From: Lingula anatina
Taxonomy: Eukaryota; Animalia; Brachiopoda
Assembly: GCA_051362555.1 (NCBI GenBank)
Contig: CM120649.1
Location: 6,324,001-6,388,000 of the forward strand
Length of the DNA stretch: 64,000 bases
Reading direction: 5' to 3'
This document shows, piece after piece, positions 26,101 to 39,836 of the stretch (positions are counted from its first letter, which is position 1; every line of letters begins with the position of its first letter). Both the position numbers and the translations under genes were made by a program. The notes under the pieces are model-generated. The model saw nothing but the letters and a program-made list of their open reading frames with translations, was not told the origin of the DNA and searched no databases.

Positions 26101-29100
26101 TAATAAAAACATAATAAAACCTCTATAATACAAATCTGCTCTGTCCATAATGTCAGCTTGAATTGTCAAACGATTATGTTCTTTGTCTTTAATCACCCAG
26201 GACGCTGTAATATTTATATTTTCAGACAACTTGCCAAAGTGGATGTTTTATCAAAATGCATTATCTTGATGTGGATACGTGCAGAGGCTTTTTAACGCTC
26301 CGCCCCGTACCTCCATGAGCAGACGACCACACACTTCATCCCATTTCACCCCTGTCACACGCAAACGCTGCGTCCCATTAAAGTAATTGAAATGTGGCCT
26401 CTATCCATTGTTATGCAATTAATTGCGGGTTAATTTCTCCTGAAAGGTCGTAGTTAGATAGTTGATATATGATAATATGAAGGGGCTATGATCCTGTTAT
26501 ATAACCATCATTTCATGGCAGCAACTCGGCTGTAACTCATCCCCCTCCCCCTTTTAGAACTTAGTACTAGTTAATAGATATGGTATCTACGATAACTGAC
26601 TGATTCCTTGCATAGTGTTAGCAAAAAATACTGAAATATAACTTTGTTCGGATTTCAAAGGTATTGTTGATCGAAAAAAGTAGCAGATTTGATAATAACC
26701 CTCGATGCCTTTTTATATACGTGCGGGCACAATGATGGTCTCGAAATCAGTATTTCCTTTCATCTGCAGAAAAATATACGATAATGAACAGGCATTGTCC
26801 TAGTTAAAATGTATTTTTATACAAGGAATATTTTAGGTTGATGGATTTTAATTTCAAGCATTAACGATATATTGTCTTTTCTACATTCATTATTTATTTT
26901 TATTTATTTATTTATTTTTATTCATTCTGTAATATCTAATAATTGATTTTAGCTTTCATCTGTTTATGTATCCATCCTCTTTTGTCCTATTTGCCTAGTT
27001 ATTTATTTATATTTATTTATTTATTTTTCGAGCTGAACATTTTGACTCCCGTTGCCCCTTACCACGACGGTCATATTGATGCAGAGAGACGTAATATACT
27101 TTTGCGCTGAGAAAAACTGTGAATAAAAAATTGTCCAAAAAAAAAAAAAAACACCTTCCATATACCAAACTACAAATGGTGAGAATTATGAAGTTTTCAC
27201 TATCAAAAACTATTCAAAACAACACTAATAGAGTATAGATGGTCGAAAAAGGAGACGGTGACACTTTGTACTTGTGGATAAGACTGAAGAAGTAAACATA
27301 AAGAGCTCTCCTGTGTCAACCTATCGCCAAATTGACACCATTAATTTCCCCACTTACCCTGGGGTTAAACTCCAAGTCGACCCCCTGACCCTTAGAAACA
27401 CAGTGGCGACAGGCCCTAGTCGGTTAAGTTTGAAATGATCGGGGGGACGGTGAACCGATAGCTTAATGACGATGCGTTAAGCGACTTCTACACTACACTG
27501 CGTGATTTATTGACCAGGAGGGACTTCAAAAGGACGTAGATAAGATCTGGTAATATTGATGAGTTGTAACTGGCCCCCATGACGCGTCTTGTTGTGCCTG
27601 GTGCTAAACCTGTCGTAGACTGAGTTTTATGTCGCTTTTTTATTTACTTTTTAAGAGGTTATTACCCGTTTGCCTGCCTGTTATTTCACGTCTAGCTGCC
27701 TGATGATTTATATGCTGTGCGGAAATTTAGACCGACTAAAGACAGGGTAAGAGATGGACTACAGGAGGTGATGTCGGGCGAAAATAACGTTATTAATGAT
27801 TCTGTCTCCATTCCTCTTAATGCATATTTGACGATGCGGTACAGTACCAGACGAAGAAAAATTCGGGTCGAGTAGAGAATTTCAACATAAAATCCTGTTA
27901 AAAAGACAAAAGAATCTTTAAAAGACAAACAATGCACTTTGAGGCATCCAGAAGTTCGCCATTACTGGCAAAAATCCGCTCTTTAATAATGTTTGACCGT
28001 GGATATCCCAATGTCGGCTTTAATATATATTTTGCACGTCTCGTTTGATCAGGTCAGCTTACATATGCCGTGTTCATAGTCAATCGTACTACACGGGAAC
28101 GCATTTATTAAGTATTATTTGTCGCTTGTCACACTTAAATATGCTCAGAACGCAGGAGGCTAAATATCTCGGAATAGAAATCCCAGCGCATTGGTCAATA
28201 TGCTTTGACGAAGATGAAATACGAAAAATGAATATATCAACCAATGTTGCTCACCTCCATTACTAGTAGAAAATGAAGCTATATGCCCCTAAAAATCAAA
28301 GCCGTACCATCCCACACATTACCAGTACACTTGATCCAAACCCAAAGCTTAGTAATCCACAAAAGGTTGTAAATTAATTTTCTCAATTTCAAAATGTTAA
28401 GTTGTGAAATAACATGCACCTATATCCTTAGGAAAAAATACAGTTTAGTTAAAAACAGGATGCAAGTACTATTACTCAACAGGATGTGAGACTAGTCTTA
28501 AATTTATCAATTTTTTCATGATGTGTTTTATGAGTCAAGTTGACTTATTTCCCCAGGGCAACACAACAAAGAATGACGCATCTTATAACTGAAAAAAAAG
28601 CAAGCGTCATTTTTAACAGAAACTAAAACAAACCGATGCTATGCCCTTAGTAATGTTTATTTTAAAAGATGTATAGATATGGAATGATATGGAATCACAT
28701 GCCCCATGATGGTGGTCACAAAATGCTTTATCCAGATGGAAGAAAAATGTTAAACCGTCACTTACATCATTGGTAAGTGGAATTCTTATAACTCATAATA
28801 TTGCGACCCTCATTCCATTGTTATTTTATTCCATTATGCATACTGAACCCATATGCCGCCATTCAAACCAAATATTATAATTTACAGCATTATATGAACA
28901 GATGAAAAATTAAGTTGACCTACTGTCATATCTGTTGGTTTTCAAACAGTTCTTCTTTCATTAGATAACCTTCCAATTAACGCCAGTTCAACCAACAAAG
29001 TACACGGGCAATTGGCTTGATTCCATTGGCTCCGTTCCATTTCTCTGTCCCTGACCACCGATACCACCTGCCGGCAGTGATAGCACCGTTCTCTGTTGGA

Positions 29101-31499
29101 AACTCCAAATGCTCTAGGCACCTCGGAAGCTGGTCTAGCCAGCCGTCACCGTGGCCTCAGGCAGTAAGCAGAAGGTGTTTAGGAATCGATGATCCCAGCG
29201 TACCTGCTAAAGTTTCTTTTTTTTTTTTTTTTTTTGGCAAGAAAGTTGCATATTTCATCTGGTTATTTGTTTGTTGTTTTTTTGTTTGATTATCAAGTCG
29301 AGGCAGGGTAAGATTCATAAAATTTGGCACTTGTTCTTTGCTTCCAATCACAAATCTTTGTTTTAAGTTTTGCAGTCTTGGAAAATACGTAATCTAATGG
29401 GAAAGCGTAAGCATATTCATGCATGCACATGCATGCCAAAATTCACACGCAAGTATGGGAAAATGCGGCGCGCTCTTTCATCGAAAGAACCTGCGGGCTC
29501 AGACGGCGACAAAAGGGCTATTACCTCCATAATGCCTGCCTTCAAAGTACACTGCTTTCGAGAAAAACATGTTTTGCTTTATTTGGCCAACAATGCCAAA
29601 CAAAATGCCCCCCAATGGACCAACAAACCTGATGTCAAGAGCGACACTGGATAGTTCCCTACACAATGGAGTGAGGGAAAATCTATCTGGGGGTTCCGCC
29701 TATTTGGGGGAGTGTCATCTGTAAACGTGTAATTACTGGTAATATTCCCCGGGTAGAAGTCTCCCCGAGTCGTCTGGGTGCTCCGTTAGATGTTTTATTG
29801 TACTGAACTTAGTGCAGAAGTGTCAAAAAATACGACCGAAGAGGCGCCAAGGAGAAACAAGGTTTGAAAGATTGGAGTAAAGACAAAAAGCAAACTTTTG
29901 GGTTACGATAGTGTTTTCATTGCCGGGAGTGCTCATGCGTTGATGCAAGTTGAAGGGATACAAGAAAAAAGATCAAAAGTCCAGAACCCCTTCAATTGTA
30001 TCAGTTTGAATAAGTTTTGAAACGATTTGAATAAATTACTTCTTAAAAGCAGCCTAGGCACATTTATCCCTTTAAGCGGGCCAATGAATTTCTGATGTAT
30101 TTTGGTAATATAAAGTTTGAGACTTATAGACTTCGACAAATTCCCACAAACCGAGAGATGCACCAGTCACATAAGTATTGGTCTATGTCTGCTGATAGAG
30201 AAACCAAGACTCTGAGCTTTTTATTCCAAAATTTCAAATTAATAACAAAATTATTCAGTAAAAACAACGAATTTATATTGCCCCTAGCACATTAAGATTT
30301 TATTCGTTTGCTTTTATCGTAGCTACGTGCTGCTAAGTACAAACTGTGAAAAAAAAGCCAGAATAGATAATTTTTTTATCTTGTATCGTGGCTTTTTTTA
30401 AATCTACCGTTACACCTCTAATAATTTTATTTCAATTCGGATGGCACAATACTTTTAACGTTAAGGTCTAATAAGGATAATTGTAGATAATGTATGTCTG
30501 GCTAAATAAAGAATATTGATCAAATGCCTATACCATGTCAGGTTTTACATGTACCATTGGCATCTGATTCACAGAGAAAGTGGCAGCATGTTGCTGAATT
30601 TGATGAAATTGCCATATTCTTGTAGTTCTTCTACTGTGGTATGTATATCCCTGGTTGAGGTCGGAAAATGTGTCTCAACAAAAGTAGAAATTGTTGGTAT
30701 GCGATTTTGCGTTTTTTGTGTTAGATGAAAGGCAAAATGTGTTTCAAGCTGGCATGGCATTTTGAATTAAATATGATTATGTTTGATTTAGTGTCTCAGA
30801 TATGCTGCAGTAGCCATGGGAACAAATATTTTATGCAGAATAAGCAACTTAAGTACATGTAGTATAACGTGAAAGATGAATGCATTTCGATGGATGGTAT
30901 GTTAAGTTGTGACAATTTTTAGCCAGGTGCGTTCTTTCGTTTCTCTCTCTCTCTCTCTCTCCTCCAATATGTTGCTTCGAGTAAAAATAAACGATGCTGT
31001 TCTGAAAGGTAAAGTTAGCGTAATTTGTTATCGTTTGTATTTTTCCCTGTGTTCTATTCAAGTCAGATATGCACGTTCCAGAATCACTGAATTTTGGAAA
31101 AAATGGGAAATCGCCAAATGTATCTCATCTAAAAATAACATATCCAAGATTTTAATACTATGCGGAATTTCCACAACATGATTGATATTTAGACAATCAC
31201 ACTTAAATAACCAGCGTAATAATCGCTTTAATCTAAATATAGCATCGGCTGCTGTCTATCTGTTCCTCTAGTTAATAACTCAAGTCACGACGCATGGCGC
31301 CAGGCAAGGTACCGAGCAATGTTTTATGCCACCTATTAATGTAGGCCACCGCGTTACCGGGAAACGGAATGTAGGCAGAATTGTTGCTGGATGTTATAAT
31401 CGATGTTATCACCACTGATCTATCACATAATACGCCAAATTATTGATGCACCATATTGCATAAGCGGATAGTGAGAGAGGGGAGACAGTCTAAAACCGG

Positions 31500-31683
31500 T
31501 AGGTGGGGTGGGGCAAGAGGGGGTTGAGTTGGAAGGGGTTTCGAACGAACCGCCCCGTTGGTCTGGAAAATATCTTCACTAAGTCAAATATTGATTTACG
31601 TTCCTTAACATAAATTTTTACGGAAAAAATTCACTTTGTTAGAAAAAAAAACATCCCCCTTGAAATTGGTGACTTCAGGACTG
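31500..31683 (+). mobile_element. Degenerate copy of MITE family B
   Basis: GGGGTTTCGAACGAACCGCCCC..TCACTTT..AGAAAAA..CCCCCTTGAAATTG collinear with 12933-13097; TIRs eroded; boundaries approximate. Confidence 0.65.
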
Positions 31684-34600
31684 AGTCAAGAAAATGGCGG
31701 ATAAAAACCTTTCCAAAAAAAGAGAGGGGGACAAGAGAAGCCCACTGAAACATGCTCTGTGTACATTTTACTGCAGAAATACTTAAAATTAAATACCTCC
31801 AATGTTTTATGTCATGTACATTTGCAAAAAAAAAAGACATATTTTAATTTGTTTTATATAATTATTTACCTAGTTATTTCTTTATTTATATAATTTTAAT
31901 TTCAGTTTTACCTTTTCATTTTATGTTATTTCATTTTAGTATTATTATTGTATTTTATTTGTAAATGGAAATTATATGAAAATATTGGATACTTCTATCC
32001 TAAAACAGCTGGCAATTTTCTCTGGCTTCACTTTATAGAAATTAGACTTGATCAACTCGTACGATCTAAAATGCATCGCAAACAATATCAACTTTAATAC
32101 AGGCAGGGGCATGAGAAATTGACATAAGAAATTAATATAGGGCACTGCAGTTCGTGTTGAGAATATTTTTAATGAAAATGTTGCTGACTTACACGTATAT
32201 TTTTTATCAAATAATTGACAGCCTAGTCAAAACTACATCAGTTGTTTTTTTTCATTTAACGACGCGCGTGAAATTATTTCTCAAATTATTGGCACGTGGC
32301 TCAATGAAATAAATTTTATTGTGTGTTTGGATCATATTTTTGTTTGGAATGCCCTTTATATTGATGGTACTGGTTGTAAATTCTTTTCGCAAACTAAAAA
32401 TATCGTAAATATTGAAACATGTATGTAAATATCTTCACATATGTTTTATCTTTTCAATGCCAGTAAACAAAGGAAGATATTTAGATTGTAATGGGAATTC
32501 ACTACATCTACTGCGTTTCTTTATAAGCAAAGCGAGGTACAATTTGTTATGATCCATTACATAATTTTAAAACATATCAATAAAATGTCAAATCAATGGA
32601 ATAGTTCGATTTTAAAATGAATGTGAATAAGGAAAGAAGGGAGGTTTTTTAATCAATTACTAAATAACGACTGTCTCAAACCACACAAAACGAATTGCAA
32701 TCCTTTCCAACGCAAAGAAATATCGGTGAAAGCAAAAACACGTCTTTTTTTCACTTGCGAAAGCAAAGAAATAAAAATTTCATGGTTTGAGAAATAAGAT
32801 TAAGAAGACCCGTTTTATGGAAAGCAGGAATATAGAAATAATATATCCAATATATGAAATATTTATTTGATGTATAATACACAAACAACGTTTGCATAAT
32901 ACTTAAAAGATATATTACCACTGGCATAAAATGTGAACGCAATTTACAGGTAGACAACTAATTATGGTTTGTTGTTTGAAATTATTTCGTCAGATTTAAC
33001 ACGTAATTATGGGAACCCTTTTTTCACTCTCATAACATCAATGTGCAATTGATTTTGATACGTCAGAATTCTAACAATAAAATAATAATAATAATAATGT
33101 TGAATTTTACAATGAACCTTTAAGATAAGTTCTCCGATGAAATCCTGGGGTAAAACTATTGGATGAAATTCCAATGAACTTGTGAACAAATGTAGGACTT
33201 TTTTTACTTATATATACTGACAGTCAATGAAAACGCATCAGAAAACTTGTATTTTTTACCGAGAATCGATTCCAACCATATAAACGAGTACAAATGCACT
33301 TGTTTGTTCATAAGAGAGTGAAAAGTGTGACTGAATAATGGGTCATATTTCACACGAAAACTGTTATTTTCTTAATGTGCCAAAGGAACTTGAAATTTTA
33401 TTTGATAAATAAATGATGCGTTTTCATTGACTGTCAGTATAATTTTCTTATTGTATCTCACAGACTTCCAATTTATTTTAGATAAATATGTTTGCTGGAA
33501 TAACATACATTTATCCGAATATCTATGTTTTAAAGAAAATAATCTCATTAATAATACGGAAATCAACATTATAGCAATAAAATTATGCTTAAATAATTTG
33601 TCCATAACTATACACTATACTTCAACAAAACGTATGTAAAACTACCAGACAACATTGGTTTTAGCACACACAAGTTTTAAATCGATGTTTTTGTACAGTA
33701 TATAAATTTATAAAACCAGACATTTGCTATTCTGTGGAAAAAAAAGATTATGAAATAGTCCCTTGGAAAACTTTTTGTCAAATTACCGTTTATTCTACAT
33801 TTTCAATCAGGATAGGGGATATTCCAAATCACTCGGGCCACATTAGAATAATTTGAACGAGTTCTGTCTGAATAAATTAGAGGTCTTGGTCGGAATTAAA
33901 ACTCCATGATTCCAATTCAAAGTAACAACAGTAGAGCCAAGAACCTTTTGACGTGCCGCTAGTCCTTGCCGGACAACCAAATTACCATATTTCAAACATT
34001 ATTGCTTACCAGCGTTAGATTTTATTTTATACGTTATTTCCAGTAGCAACAAGACGATTCAAGGTCTCTTAAAATTGTGTACGCTCGCCATCAGTGTTAC
34101 ACAGTCAAGGATTTCTTTGTCTATACGTTAATTACTTCCAGTAGAAACAAGGCGTTCACCCGTATTATTCAGTGTAACAGTCGTAGTGTGTATAATTTTG
34201 TAAATATTGTTATGGATTTATCCATTCCACTGTACATATATATTATAATTGACTAGGTTTTGGTGTGTGTGAATGTGAGTTAGTGAGATATTTCATTAGT
34301 TCCTTATCAAAATTTTCTTTTTTTCATTTGGCGTTATGATCGATAGATAGATACCCCCTGTAGATAGATATTTCAAACGTTTGGCAAAAATAACCCTCGG
34401 TAGATGTTTAGACATACATATAGTAACTTAAAAAAGGAGGCTTAAGACTGTGTGCAGATATGGAGGTTGTATTACAGGAAAAACTCCAAACGCGTCATTC
34501 GTGCAGTGTATTTTATGTTGTGTGTTTGTGTTATTCAGTATTCTTTGAACAGCACAAAGGCAAAGCATGCAAGTAATACAAAAAAAAAATTCAATTGAAT

Positions 34601-35650
34601 TATCGTGGGTAGGTTATCAGACTGTAAAGTCTAGATAAATTTTTAATCTATCCAATGCATGAGAGTTTACACAGAGGTTAGAGCATTGTGTACATCTGTA
34701 TGTATTAGTAGTGATTAATTAAGTTTTTGGGGAAAATATCCAATTAGCCTGAAACTTATTAATATAATGTTTATAATCACTGCATTTTAGGACCATTATC
34801 AAAATTTCTTCTCAACTTGTTTTGCTTAGCATGATATCCCTATATAATTCGGAAGAATTTTGATAATGATAAATACAGAATATATTACATTACATAAAGT
34901 ATTTCAAAGAAAAAACCCACTGTAGTGTTAGAATATTCTCACTAAATTGAGATAAATATAACTAAATTTAGATTGAACAATGAAATTACGTTTATATTTT
35001 ATAGCTGAACTCCTCGACTATTTTCTCCCCGCTCACCAGATACATTACTTTTTTCCATTGACTCCAACAGAAAAATTAAAAAGCTAAAAAATAAACCACG
35101 TAAGGTAATCACAAATCTTTCCCCATTCAAAAACTTGAAACGCTGACGTTATATTCCCAGGTTATTTGTGAAATGTTTAAATTTGTTTAAGTTGCTGGGT
35201 TCTTCCAGGAAATTCATTTTTTATATATATAAACACACTATTCCTCGAAATGCCCTGATAATTACGAAATACGCATGTGTCAGACCACCAGTAGTTTCTT
35301 AAATACCGATCAAAGTTGAGATATTTCTTCTTCTTTTTATGTTCAAAAAAAAAAAAAGGATTCTGCTACGTACAGATTTGTGGTAATATATGGAGCGATC
35401 AGTAAAAAATACTGTCATCAAAATTATAACGATAACATCTCATTCTCCATGATATGTCCTTGACATCTAAAAAACGTGGATAACAGTATGAAGTTCTCTT
35501 TTGCTTATCTTTGCAGAACACCATATTTGTTTTCAGAACAATCATACAAGGTCGAACTTTATCACATACTCTTTATATATTTTTTTTCTTTTCTTTTACT
35601 TGTATTTTATAGTGTAATGTTGATGGGACGTAATTGGATTTTAGGCTCTG

Positions 35651-35696
<46 letters not shown>

Positions 35697-35707
35697 TAAT
35701 AATAATA

Positions 35708-35750
<43 letters not shown>
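35651..35750. repeat. (AAT)n followed directly by (TTA)n: self-complementary microsatellite
   Basis: Directly visible; creates the poly-N/poly-Y ORFs on both strands. Confidence 0.95.
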
Positions 35751-35751
<1 letters not shown>

Positions 35752-36022
35752 TTCCCTGGCTGTGTGTACTTACCTGAGATGAAAAGAAAAAAAAGGAGAG
35801 GCAGATTTGCGGCTTACAATATTGATTATATAAAAAAACTAAATGAGAAGCTTCGACATAGACATGTTTGTTGTAGGTCTTCCACACGAATAACGCAATT
35901 ACATAAATGTAAAAGGCGAAAACCCAAATACGCACAGAAAGCTGTATTAGGAAAACAAGTATTAGAAAATAACAAAAGCTAATTAACATAATTTGCAAAA
36001 ATGCAGTGTGAAATACTGTATA

Positions 36023-36180
36023 CAGGGCTGTAGCCTGAGCAAAATGCCAGGGGGGGCAGCAAGTGGACACGAGGGGGCGAAGCCCCCGAGGGGGGAGGGG
36101 TTGTCCCCCTACCAGTGTGGAAAATTCTAAATCCCAGGGGGGGCAGCTGCCCCCCCTGCCCCCCCGAGGCTACGGCCCTG
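36023..36180. mobile_element. MITE family C (CAGGGCYGTAGCCT TIR), 5-bp TSD GTATA
   Basis: CAGGGCTGTAGCCT..AGGCTACGGCCCTG; GTATA on both flanks; internal CCAGGGGGGGCAGC repeats. Confidence 0.88.
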
Positions 36181-37320
36181 GTATAGTAATACTCGCACTT
36201 GCGTCCTGTAGGTAGACGCCCCCAAATTCCATTATATCCTTTATCTATTGATAGTGATGATGATGATGATGATGATGAAGATGTATATATGTAAATAACC
36301 ATACATATTCAGAATGAATAGGCTAATTTAGAATATCAGATAACAGATCAGCTGAACATTGCACAGTGTGTATATACCTAGCAATGAGCCTGCAATGCAG
36401 TATACTTTTCCTACAAAGAGCACGCCCTTGACTTACTGCTACCAACATAAATCAATAGAAGAACGACCAGCGAAATCTAAATTCTGATTAATAACAGTAA
36501 TAATGGGGAGATCAATTAGTCGAGAGCAGCATCCACAGTCCGTCTCGACACCGCCAACCCGCGCGCGGTGCGAGCAATAACCTTATCTGCAGGCAACGAT
36601 CAGAGAGCAATGGCGCCACGCGGCAAAAACGGTCGATATTCTGATTGGATAATAATTGGTTTTCTGTGATCTGTGATAACGGTGACATGTCTGTGAACAT
36701 AACCATATTGTATGGTCTGAATAACAAGGGGCATTAGGCTAGAAGTCACAGGTCCTGACGTCACATGGTTTTCACTATTGGTATATACAAATACAGAGGT
36801 ACTGGAGGAAAATTCTGGAAATGGCAGATACGGAAAATGAGCCATAATAATTGAGAAGGAATACAGTCATTCATATGAATATGCCTTTTTTTTTTTTGAC
36901 ATTTTATGGCGAAATCCCCTTTTCCATACCTAACACCAGACATCAGATTTTATCAATAAAACCAAACTGACCACCGTTATAAAAACCCTTTCTCTTAAAT
37001 TGTAACGAAGAATCAGTGCAATATCAAACTTAAAAGTGTAAACAAATAATCAATAATATGGTTAATTCGTCTTTAATTCGGCTGAATTTCGTACTTTTAT
37101 CCGGGTAAGTCTTTGGTGTTCTTAATTAAAATATTAAGCACATAGCGACCATTTCCAAAAACAAAATATTCAGATTTGATCTTATGAAGACAAAATGTCC
37201 AAAAAGTATAACTTTCATTGCCTTGCATATGAATTATTTTAATCGCTTTTATCTTATTGCCAAGTTACATGTTACACCATGCACTAAGATTGGTTCCGGC
37301 TTACGCTGATAGTCAAACAT

Positions 37321-37370
37321 CCCTCCCCCGCCCCCCTCCTCTCCCTCCCCCCCCCCCCCCCCCCCCCCCC
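37321..37370. repeat. Poly-C tract (G-rich on minus strand)
   Basis: Directly visible. Confidence 0.9.
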
Positions 37371-37700
37371 GGCTCTCGGCCCGCATATACCAATAAGTAA
37401 AATGTAAATTCACAACATCAGATGGGGTCTTCAATGATCATGGTCAACTGTTTGATGCTTAATTGAGGGACAGAAAATTAGAACGAGAAATGAAATCAAG
37501 CTTGAGGCCCAGATATAATAGGGCGTCCTGCCACAGAAATGACCTCGGTTCGTATAATGTCAGAAGATTAAGAAGATGATTAAAGCTACGACTTTTAGAC
37601 CTGTTTGTCTGTGCCTCAGGTGAGAAGAATAAAATGCATTTTTTGCTCTAAACAAAGGAAAAGAGGAAAGAGAAGAAGTAGAAGTGCAATGAGATCGCTT

Positions 37701-37702
<2 letters not shown>

Positions 37703-37753
<51 letters not shown>
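37703..37753. repeat. Poly-T tract, about 51 nt
   Basis: Directly visible. Confidence 0.95.
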
Positions 37754-37754
<1 letters not shown>

Positions 37755-39694
37755 TTAACCATAGGTAACTGTGCAAGAATTACGATTGGTCCAATGATTT
37801 TCTAGGCCTGTGTCAAGTGTTAAGAAAATAAATTATCATAATTGTAAGAAGTCATAAATGTGCTTTATGCAAGACACTCGAACTGAAAGGATAAAAGCGT
37901 CATTCAATACAAAGAATACCAAACAGTAGGTGTACTGTCTCTCTTTATAGTCACTTATGTACGTGTAAGTTGATAAATTGCCACTAAAAGGAGAGAATTT
38001 AGCCTCAAAGCTATTTTGTAAGCACTTTAAATTTACGTCATGATATGTTAACGTCGCGTAAGACGGCCATAAAATTGCATTAGGTGAACTCGTTGCACGT
38101 GGCTAAAAAAGCATTGATACAATCTAGTTTAAGTCGTGGGCGATGACATAAATAAGTAATATAGCGGTGTGCACTAGAATAAAGCAAAACAATTAACATA
38201 AGCACTTATTTACGTAAAACTGAAACATTTTGCGACTGCATTTAAATATACTGTGATGCATGTATTGTGGACATGAAAATTGAGCCATTGTGACAACTTT
38301 ACTATGAGTGCTACATATACGTGTGTTTCAGTATATTGAAACATATCTTATGGAGTTCAGCAAGAGACCGTTAACTTTTCTTCCACTAACTCGTTACGAG
38401 GAGATTCGTCTTGTACTAAAAATAAAAGTACATAAAAAGTATTAAAAATAAAATTACATACAATTCACGAGAAATATAGCACCTGATGAACTATTGGACA
38501 AACTTCAAAGGTTTAGCTTGCTGGCTGCCCTGGTTGAATTTCTGTGTTTCATTATAGTCTGCATGGCTTATAAGAAGTCTCATAACGGTACGGAGACAAA
38601 AACAGCTTTGTTTTTATGTTACTGAGATTGGCTGGGGACTTCAAAAGAATCATTTGTAGCATAGTATAGTATAGTACAGACGTGTCTCTGTGTTCAAATA
38701 ACACGGTACCCGCAACAGTGATGCGTCCGTTTAATCCGGTATCTTTCATTCATGAAATTATTTTCACTTAAGATGTTGTAACGTTTCAGAAAAAAAGTAA
38801 ACACGATCATATCAAAGTGAAAAGAAGACAGAGGCAATAAGCAATTTTTTGACAAAGGATGTAGCGATTCACAGTTGTGGAAGCTGACTGTTATCGTGAA
38901 AGATGATGATATTGATTTGATGGCTTTTAAAAGAATTAAACTCACTTATCGAAATGACAACGAATGAAATGTTCACCCTCGTTTGTCACATAGAACAAAT
39001 GTCAAAATATTTGAGAATTCATCGAATCGTGTCTGACAGGGACTCATGCCGTCGTCAAGCTTTTGAAATTGACAGATTACGCCATAATGAAATCAGCATG
39101 AAATGAGCAACGCGATCGTCTGCTTTCTGTACCAGGTGGTCCACGCCTCGTGAGGGGGCTCTGCACACTATGCATTCAACACGATGCTCTTAGCCGTGTT
39201 CCCCCGTGTCGCACTCATCCCTGAAGATTTACTTGAAAATTGTCGGATTACGTCCGATTGTCTCCCCTGACAAAGCTGCAAGTGAACAATATGGAATAGT
39301 CCAGCTACTCCCCATAACTTAACGCATTAGGAATTCCTTAGATGTATCACTTGTGTTGTCTTTGACGCCTACAGGGGTGTTCACATACTCATGCACTTGG
39401 CACAACTACCATTTTGTAGGTCCAGGTTCGAAACAAGTGCAGGACTGTTAATTTAACGCCAGTAAAGCTATCCACGTCACGCATTAATTACTCTCCCATA
39501 CTTTTTCTCTTTTTTTTCAGTCTGATAACTGCAACTCGAGCCGAAAAATAATACACAGACTTTTGACACACCGAGTGTCTCATCCTTGCGGCTCCAACCT
39601 CTAGCTCACGCGGGACCACATCTTCTCTGGGGCGTGATTACTTGAAGCGGAGTGAGTTGAGGGCTTTTCTCGCTAGTCGTGACCAGCTACTCAC

Positions 39695-39836
39695 TATAAA
39701 TACCGACTGGCTAGCCGCAGGAAGGCCGCAGTGAAAGTCAAGCAACGGTCGGGTAAACTTGAGCGCCGCATGTGTCGCATTGGTGATCAAAGAGACGACA
39801 AAGAGAACAACTAAAAACACCATCGTTCTTAAGACT
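39695..39836 (+). promoter_or_regulatory. Candidate TATA promoter plus short non-coding first exon
   Basis: TATAAATA 39695-39702 in a CpG-rich patch; donor ACT|GTAAGT at 39837 followed by an abrupt shift to AT-rich intron-like DNA. Confidence 0.5.

Noticed and set aside
35476-36302. Long overlapping ORFs
   Set aside because: Generated by triplet microsatellites and a GC-rich MITE.
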